Of a stretch of 42,617 nucleotides of DNA, positions 37,801 through 42,617 are shown one piece after another. The notes under the pieces are model-generated. The model had not been told where the DNA came from. It worked only from the letters and a program-made list of their open reading frames with translations, and did not search any database. A program made the position numbers and the translations under genes. This DNA comes from a virus. The DNA is taken from IMG/VR virus record IMGVR_UViG_3300035400_000018; one strand, given 5' to 3'. Within the stretch, counting starts at the first letter, position 1. Each line of letters starts with the position of its first letter.

Positions 37801-39897
37801 TATGAGGTCCAGGTCCGGGGCGTCTCCCTGCGCGGCAAGGTGAACCAGGACGGCACCGTGGCGGAGATCGCCACCACCTATGTGCGCTCGCCCGGCGACG
37901 TGAGCGAGGAGCCGGAGGACGACCCGAACGAGGTGGTTCCGGCCCCGCCGGTAAACGGCCTGGAGCTGTTCGAGCAGGGCAACGACACCGTGTTCGGTGG
38001 CCGCGACGCCAAGTTCGTCTGGCGCAAGACCAGCGTCACCGAATGGTTCGAGATGGGCCAGGAGGGCGAGCAGGGCGCCGGTAGTGGCGGTCTGGACCTG
38101 TACTTCCGGGATTATCAGGTCGAGGTGTGGGCGGATGTGGACGGCACCCTGTCCCTGGTGCGCACCGAATGGGTGAATGACCCCCAGTTCGTCTACACCT
38201 ACGAGAAGAACGCCGAGGACCACGCTCGCGAGACCGCCTCATCAGGCGCGTGGCGTGCGTTCGAGGCTCGGGTGTACTGCCGGGGCCGTCAGAACCAGAT
38301 CAGCGCCCAGGCGGCGCGGCTCAGCGTGGAGAACGTGGCACCGCCCCTGCCGGAGGCTCTGACCATTTCCGCTGGCTTCCGCAGCGCCCAGATTGATTTC
38401 GAGCCCCCGGAGGACCTGGATTACCGCGATTCCCGGGTGTGGATGAGCCAGACAACCGGATTCACCCCCGGCCCCGAGAATCTGGTGGCCCAGCAGTACG
38501 GCGGGCCGGTGGTGCTTTCCGGCCTCACCGACAACAGCACCTACTACCTGCGGTTTGCCACCTACGACGCCTTTGGCCAGGGCACGATCAGCAGCCAGTT
38601 CACGGTCACCACGCCGTCGCTGTCCGCTGGTGAGGTGGAGGGCCTGAGCCCCTGGGCCACGGTCATCGACGCCGACCGGGCGTTCATCGACGCCAATCTG
38701 GCCAATGACGCGATCGACAGCACCAAGATCGTCAAGCTCACCGCCTCCAAGATCGTCACCGGCACCCTGGCCGCCACCGAGAAAATCAGCGTGGAGGGGC
38801 AGGTGGAAAGCGTGGTGGGCGATGCGGTGGCGACGCTGGGGCCGAAAACCATCGGGAACCGCACGGGACTGATCAGCTACGAGTATAGCGGTGTGCCGCT
38901 GTTCTCGGTTTTCTCAGACGGCTCAGTGGAGATGATCGGCTCGCTGACGATCCCTGGGGCCGGTGGCGCCACGGCCAACCTTTCTGGCGATCCGGTTGCG
39001 GGCCTGAATGTGACACCGACCCATTTGGGGTATTACGACGGCACCCAGTGGACAGCCGTGATTGACGATAACGGCGATTTCTATTTCGGAGACGAAGAAG
39101 AGCAGTTTTTCAAAAAAGAGGGTGGAGAGCTCTCTATAGGGCGGGATACCGTCCTTACGGGGGTGGATACTTTTAACGGGAAGAAATTGGCGGTCCATTA
39201 TTATTTCAACTCGGTTTACATTCCTCCAAGTCGCTATAGCGTGACAGGCACGGGGGTTATTGAGTGGGCGCCGAGAGGCCTACTTTTAGAGGCCGATGAC
39301 TCGCCGGGTACGTTTGACCTCGATTTCGCGACACCAGACATTGAGACCCTAGGGAAAAATCTATTCGACATTAAAAAGGGACGAATCAAAGTTGGCATTG
39401 GGTACGGGTCAACGATAAGCCCGGCGTCCTATAACGCCTCCTCAACGCACACAAATACGACAAAAATATCGTTCTTTGGCGGTGAGTCAGGCGTAATCAG
39501 AATAACCATTCAGGACGTCTGGACATTCCTGGATGAAGATCAGTTCCGCATCCGGGTTCAGAGGGATAGAACGGTAACGGCTGTGTGTTCAGAAAATCTG
39601 AGTGATGTCCGGACTCTCGAGACGGACACCGAGATATTTAGTTCTACGGTCCTAAAAGTATACACCCTGACTCCAGTCCGAATAGAGCTTGCGGTAGACC
39701 TTGAGGTCACAGGCACGATCAGGCTTACCAGTGATTCCGGATGGGATGAGACATTCAGTGTCCCCTTCCAGAGCTTTCCTTTCGATCAGTCCAGCAACGC
39801 CAGCGACCTCTACGTCGGAGGGGAAATAACCGGTAATCAGACCCAGGGCCCGAAGTTTGGGGCGCAGATTAACGACCTGTTTTTCATCGAGGATTAA
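34867..39897 (+). CDS. Large tail tip / host-specificity protein (1676 aa)
   Basis: Size and position. Gly-rich central segment (GSSGSGGGST...GGDGGAGGAG), repeated beta-rich domains, and an AT-richer C-terminal 280 aa. Confidence 0.85.
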   Translation: MRIDNSAFAEVNDSQWQAPQFVVSIDFGDDDLFYLTSHPVTGLAGENVIEGVLESISGTSQKLNPDKANSEIGSLNFEVLDDGLTALQADRLSQGKGLRGKTVRFYVGDETLPWSSYILATTQIVDEAGYKDLSYSFKCADVQRMLREDIFKPKETRLNGDLGAEDDEIQVLSTNGFEPYQFPDIQGAVVAGEKVGLLRIEGDDDDFEIASFSSKEPGKFTGVKRGLLGTTALSLERGQGDQESGPKITEFVFLEMPGPMLAYAVLTGAIYGYPGEYLPDHWHLGVPAEFIRTSDFENIGEDLWVPADPNQGVKIRLAGLEEEDGKKFLEEEVFALMGCYPPIYSDGQLGMRRMTGVHSTGGYVRRLDADNVVDYGDLTHDMGAVINEIFVSWNWDIFEEEFTRLHYLPDLESIEIHGKAEQKDLEFRGLFSGWHSTQTIDRLVASLRDRYAGPPLLLNLTLTPDQNDLEVGDIVRVDLFEVQDYTGTTDDGHLNRNFEIQQISTDWRTGKVKVKLFGSSQRAGALPPQETGTAIPNSWYERGTEISPENFPGVVSVTGGVTRVDGVLDLAGGESLDDEATYFWCAGDLNCDDEAEIRISDNVALLVRGFLTLNNAKINGKGRGFPGGTGTTSMVSSGGYFFNYGSRWDAVNKGTPGFLDIQSTPQGGRGYQYRGFNEPIMRDVDGVKTMRNMGAVIGGRVQPGQTPPPIYEQDADGVTLFPVDLRGSSGSGGGSTLAEWDGGGIEYKKPGGDGGAGGAGLVIVARGMSIGANGYIDVSGAAGSIPPGTYYSPTTSPQLRIWAGSGGPGGPGACYILIDGNANAPNINERTAKANGGDLVWAARRLKPYVVYHSSVATFSSDKGPAPQQGTATTSPAPGAMVWESAFSVQRLTSYIEPVEDEPVVTLNPPVVTLAEATNTPRSANANLSTIEVGVQPPSVSNYAYGLVEYREKGQAGWFEVGPASPEATFVVPSDGRTYEVQVRGVSLRGKVNQDGTVAEIATTYVRSPGDVSEEPEDDPNEVVPAPPVNGLELFEQGNDTVFGGRDAKFVWRKTSVTEWFEMGQEGEQGAGSGGLDLYFRDYQVEVWADVDGTLSLVRTEWVNDPQFVYTYEKNAEDHARETASSGAWRAFEARVYCRGRQNQISAQAARLSVENVAPPLPEALTISAGFRSAQIDFEPPEDLDYRDSRVWMSQTTGFTPGPENLVAQQYGGPVVLSGLTDNSTYYLRFATYDAFGQGTISSQFTVTTPSLSAGEVEGLSPWATVIDADRAFIDANLANDAIDSTKIVKLTASKIVTGTLAATEKISVEGQVESVVGDAVATLGPKTIGNRTGLISYEYSGVPLFSVFSDGSVEMIGSLTIPGAGGATANLSGDPVAGLNVTPTHLGYYDGTQWTAVIDDNGDFYFGDEEEQFFKKEGGELSIGRDTVLTGVDTFNGKKLAVHYYFNSVYIPPSRYSVTGTGVIEWAPRGLLLEADDSPGTFDLDFATPDIETLGKNLFDIKKGRIKVGIGYGSTISPASYNASSTHTNTTKISFFGGESGVIRITIQDVWTFLDEDQFRIRVQRDRTVTAVCSENLSDVRTLETDTEIFSSTVLKVYTLTPVRIELAVDLEVTGTIRLTSDSGWDETFSVPFQSFPFDQSSNASDLYVGGEITGNQTQGPKFGAQINDLFFIED

Positions 39898-39910
39898 CCC
39901 GGAGAACCCC

Positions 39911-40543
39911 ATGTCACAGTACAAAACCGGCACCGCCTCGGTGGTGCAGGATAGCGCCGTTGTGTCCGGCGTCGGCACGGCCTGGCTGGCCAACGTCAGC
40001 GCCGGGGACAGCTTCGTCATGGCCGGCACGGGCGTCGTTTATGACATCGCCAGTGTGGACAGCGACACGCAGCTGACCCTCACCGTCCCGTACAAGGGCG
40101 CGACTCGCTCAGGCGCCTACGCCGTCCAGCGCAATTTCACTGCCGACGGCATCCCCGAGATGGCCCAGGGCGACATCGAGACGGCCACGATATTCACCCG
40201 GGCGATGCGGAAGATTCAGAGCCGGTTCAACTTGATCACCGGTGTCGCGGCCAATGGCGCGCCCACCTACGGCGACACGGCGGCCGGCATCGCGGGTACT
40301 TCAGACACCGAGTTCTTCTGGGTGCCGGATGCGGGCGGCCTGACCCTGTACCAGAACGATAACGACACCGCCGTGGCCCAGGGCGACTACCCGAACAGCC
40401 AGACCCTGGCCGGCGCGGTGGACGCGCTCAATAGCCAGGAAAGCCGGATCCTTGCCCTGATCGGAAGCCTGCACCCGTCATTCGGCGAGACCAGCCTGTA
40501 CGCCGACTTTAAAGCCCAATCGTTCGTTCTGGAGGTGGCGTGA
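39911..40543 (+). CDS. Tail fibre protein (210 aa)
   Basis: Start MSQYKTGTASVVQDSAVVSGVGTAWLANVSAGDSF...YDIASVDSDTQLTLTVPY is a recurrent phage fibre N-terminal pattern as recalled. GGAG lies before ATG 39911. Confidence 0.65.
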   Translation: MSQYKTGTASVVQDSAVVSGVGTAWLANVSAGDSFVMAGTGVVYDIASVDSDTQLTLTVPYKGATRSGAYAVQRNFTADGIPEMAQGDIETATIFTRAMRKIQSRFNLITGVAANGAPTYGDTAAGIAGTSDTEFFWVPDAGGLTLYQNDNDTAVAQGDYPNSQTLAGAVDALNSQESRILALIGSLHPSFGETSLYADFKAQSFVLEVA

Positions 40544-41694
40544 TGCGGAACCTTAAAACCGTCAACTATGACGAAATGTTCACCCTGTCCGCGCCGTCTC
40601 CGAAGTGGGTGTGGAATGCGCAGGGGCAGCTTGTCGAGATTCCGGCGGGGCAGCCTGCTTGGGATCACGATCCGGTAACCGGCGAGCCCCTGGGCCAGCG
40701 CCTGGAAGGCGAGGCGACTAACTATGTGGGCCATAGTGAAGATTTCAGCCAGTGGGCAGGGGCCGGTGATTTTTATTCTATCACCAACAATATTGGTGGC
40801 GCGCCTGACGGCGGGGACTACCAGACAATAACGAAACCCGGCGCCGCCGGCGTTCTTACTTATGAATTTGTACCCCCGGCGGGCCCGGGAATTATAAAAC
40901 TGAGATACAAAAATCCTCAAAACTTCAGTGGCACGTGGTCTTTTCTTTTACGAAACCGAGACACGGCCACCAGCCTAAGCTTTTTCCTTAATATTCACCC
41001 GAATGGCGACACATCCGGTCCCGCCTACGTGGAAAAAATAGGTGAGTGGAACGTGGCCACTTTTTTCTATGACGGATCAGGGCATTCAGCAGGGGATAGG
41101 TTGATTGTCTACGCTAATTCCGGAGCTGGTTCAGGCGAGGGCGCCAGCTTAGACCTTTGGGGTTATGAATATAAGCCCGGAGCCACGGATAGCAGCTATA
41201 TTCGAACCACCGATGGTAGCGCAGTCACTAGAGCCGCAGACGTTGCGACCATTGAGAACGTGGATGCGGCGAAGTGGTTCGGTAAAGAAGCGGGTTGGTT
41301 TGGGCTTCGGGTTACCCCTTATCAAAACGAAACCCAGGACGGCTACTTGTATGCTAGTAGCAATCAGCGCTTACTTTACAATTCAAATGGTCGACTCCGA
41401 ATGTGGGATGGTGAAAATGCCACTCCGGGAGGGCCAGTACCAACACCCAATGTAGAGCTTATTATTTGTGGAACATGGAGTTCTGGCGCGTCCACAATGA
41501 AATTGGCGTCTTCGGACACCGTGGTAATACAAAAATCCTCTTATAACGGGATTTTTTCATCTATTCAAAGCATCCCTTTAATGAGGAATGAACCATCGAG
41601 GACAACAGGGTCAGTGGTTTATGATTTAAGATTCGGGAAAAGATTCTTATCAGACGCCGAAATGCAATCCAAAATTCAAGAGTTGACCTCATGA
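40540..41694 (+). CDS. Tail fibre / receptor-binding protein (384 aa), largely AT-richer
   Basis: Sequences LEGEATNYVGHSEDFSQW and SSYIRTTDGSAVTRAADV are typical of fibre and lectin-fold proteins as recalled. Coupled to the preceding fibre gene. Confidence 0.55.
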   Translation: MMRNLKTVNYDEMFTLSAPSPKWVWNAQGQLVEIPAGQPAWDHDPVTGEPLGQRLEGEATNYVGHSEDFSQWAGAGDFYSITNNIGGAPDGGDYQTITKPGAAGVLTYEFVPPAGPGIIKLRYKNPQNFSGTWSFLLRNRDTATSLSFFLNIHPNGDTSGPAYVEKIGEWNVATFFYDGSGHSAGDRLIVYANSGAGSGEGASLDLWGYEYKPGATDSSYIRTTDGSAVTRAADVATIENVDAAKWFGKEAGWFGLRVTPYQNETQDGYLYASSNQRLLYNSNGRLRMWDGENATPGGPVPTPNVELIICGTWSSGASTMKLASSDTVVIQKSSYNGIFSSIQSIPLMRNEPSRTTGSVVYDLRFGKRFLSDAEMQSKIQELTS

Positions 41695-42032
41695 CACCAA
41701 TCTACCTACGAGCCACTGGCGAAGCCGCAATGATGCAGGCGCTAGACGCTGCCGGGCTTATCGGCTCTGACCCAGAGACAGGGGATCAGACCATCGGCGG
41801 AGACCCGTTCGTTATTCGCGTGACCGTGCTGCCCAAGCTCTACGAGCCCACTGGCGAAATGATCGACGATGGCGACGGCTTCGAGTACCCCGAGATGGCG
41901 CCAGTGCCGGGCTATCACGTCAACGTCCTGGTGCATCCAGACCATGAGGCGGCGTACCGTGCCGCGCTGGCGGACGTGCTGATCAACCCGTCGCCGGAGA
42001 CGCCACACGTCAAATACGCGGGGTGTGCATGA
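41691..42032 (+). CDS. Hypothetical protein (113 aa)
   Basis: Coupled ORF (ATGA). No motif. Confidence 0.5.
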   Translation: MTPIYLRATGEAAMMQALDAAGLIGSDPETGDQTIGGDPFVIRVTVLPKLYEPTGEMIDDGDGFEYPEMAPVPGYHVNVLVHPDHEAAYRAALADVLINPSPETPHVKYAGCA

Positions 42033-42226
42033 TCGAGCTATACGGAAGCCGCGAGCAGATCACGGCCGCCATCGAGGCGGCGGGCGGGGAGATCGACGCC
42101 GGGCAGATCACGGTCCTGGGCTCGGCGGCGCGCCACGGCATCGAGTTCACGGCGGTGGGGGCGAACCTGTATTCCACCGATGATGAGTTCGTGGCGCTGG
42201 TGAGGGATCAGTTGCCCGCCGAGTAA
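42029..42226 (+). CDS. Hypothetical protein (65 aa)
   Basis: ATG 42029 overlaps the upstream stop (ATGA). Last ORF before attR. Confidence 0.4.
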   Translation: MIELYGSREQITAAIEAAGGEIDAGQITVLGSAARHGIEFTAVGANLYSTDDEFVALVRDQLPAE

Positions 42227-42490
42227 CGCTGACCTCTGGTCGCTGGCCTCCCTGCCGACGGCGGACAATGCCAGGGTAGGGCGGCCGCTCCGGGCTGTCT
42301 GTAGGCTGGTGGCGACAGGTCGCGTCAGCCTGGGAGTACAGAACGGGCGGGCAGTGGTTTGGCGATGCAAAACTCCACCGCAAGCCATTGATTTGCAAGC
42401 TTTGCGAAACGCCACAAAACACTGTCTTTTTGGTCAGTCTGAGAATTCCCAAACCCAATAAAATCAACAACATAGGCCGATTACGCCGCC

Positions 42491-42617
42491 TGCATGGGGT
42501 GCAAGGGGTCGAAGGTTCGAATCCTTCCGTCCCGACCAAATAAAACGAAGAGGGTCAGTGGCTTACGAGCACTGGCCCTTTTTCGTTTCTGGGCCGAATC
42601 AAAACAAAATCAAAATG
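42491..42617 (+). repeat. attR: right copy of the 127-bp direct repeat (displaced tRNA-Pro 3' fragment plus terminator)
   Basis: Identical to 1-127. The 90 nt upstream (42400-42490) contain neither a D arm nor the CGGGACG acceptor 5' strand, so this copy is a 3' fragment, not a whole tRNA. Confidence 0.9.

Larger units (their letters stand above)
1..42617. mobile_element. Complete integrated lambdoid-organised siphovirus prophage (attL to attR)
   Basis: Identical 127-bp direct repeats at both ends. Integrase plus excisionase next to the left repeat. CI/Cro switch, replication, Q-like, lysis, terminase, portal, capsid, tail tube, tape measure and fibre genes in canonical order on two divergent arms. 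Confidence 0.9.

Noticed and set aside
35035-38223. Very long antisense ORFs (605 aa at 35035..36852 and 456 aa at 36853..38223, minus strand) opposite the 1676-aa tail gene. Similar ones lie at 12263..13111, 23915..24952 and 28953..29816.
   Set aside because: Their translations are Arg/Ala/Gly/Pro/His-rich low-complexity sequences without motifs. They lie entirely opposite well-supported GC3-rich genes, where antisense stop codons are depleted. These are classic shadow ORFs of GC-rich DNA.
42400-42538. Possibility that the right-hand repeat copy is the intact tRNA gene.
   Set aside because: The 90 nt upstream of 42491 contain no CGGGACG acceptor strand and no D-arm-like sequence. The two nt preceding the repeat (CC) do not complete the CTTGC anticodon-stem strand. 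It is a displaced 3' fragment.

Overview
The window is one complete, integrated temperate prophage of about 42.5 kb, siphovirus-type with lambdoid organisation, in a GC-rich bacterial genome. All family assignments below are by-eye motif recognition, with no searches run.

Boundaries: identical 127-bp direct repeats sit at 1-127 and 42491-42617. Their first 48 nt are the 3' half of a tRNA-Pro(GGG) gene, followed by its intrinsic terminator, so these are attL and attR.

Left arm (minus strand): a lambda-type tyrosine integrase with a translationally coupled excisionase, a chain of small coupled early genes, SSB, a 409-nt ORF-free structured gap, RecT, and a PL-like promoter with operators.

Centre: a CI/LexA-type repressor with two passenger genes and its own terminator. 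It is divergent from a Cro-like gene across three 16-bp palindromic operators, and the two promoters share one palindromic -35 hexamer.

Right arm (plus strand): CII-like regulator, replication genes, NinB, C5-cytosine methyltransferase, VRR-NUC, TraR/DksA, Q-like antiterminator, a T5orf172 moron, a PR'-like promoter with terminators, and the lysis cassette. Then come TerS, TerL, portal, Mu F/SPP1 gp7-like protein, scaffold, major capsid, connectors, tail tube, a frameshifted chaperone, tape measure, a moron island, a 1676-aa host-specificity protein and fibres.

No rRNA, CRISPR array, transposase or reverse transcriptase was seen.

Most unusual observations:
1. The methyltransferase locus (14938-16392) is readable in two frames at once. 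A 280-codon ORF with its own Shine-Dalgarno overlaps the catalytic core.
2. A 468-bp HNH endonuclease cassette sits in phase near the 3' end of that locus, flanked by a recoded 30-bp duplication that preserves both frames.
3. A second HNH endonuclease is embedded in frame inside another early gene, and at least five to six HNH-type genes pepper the element.
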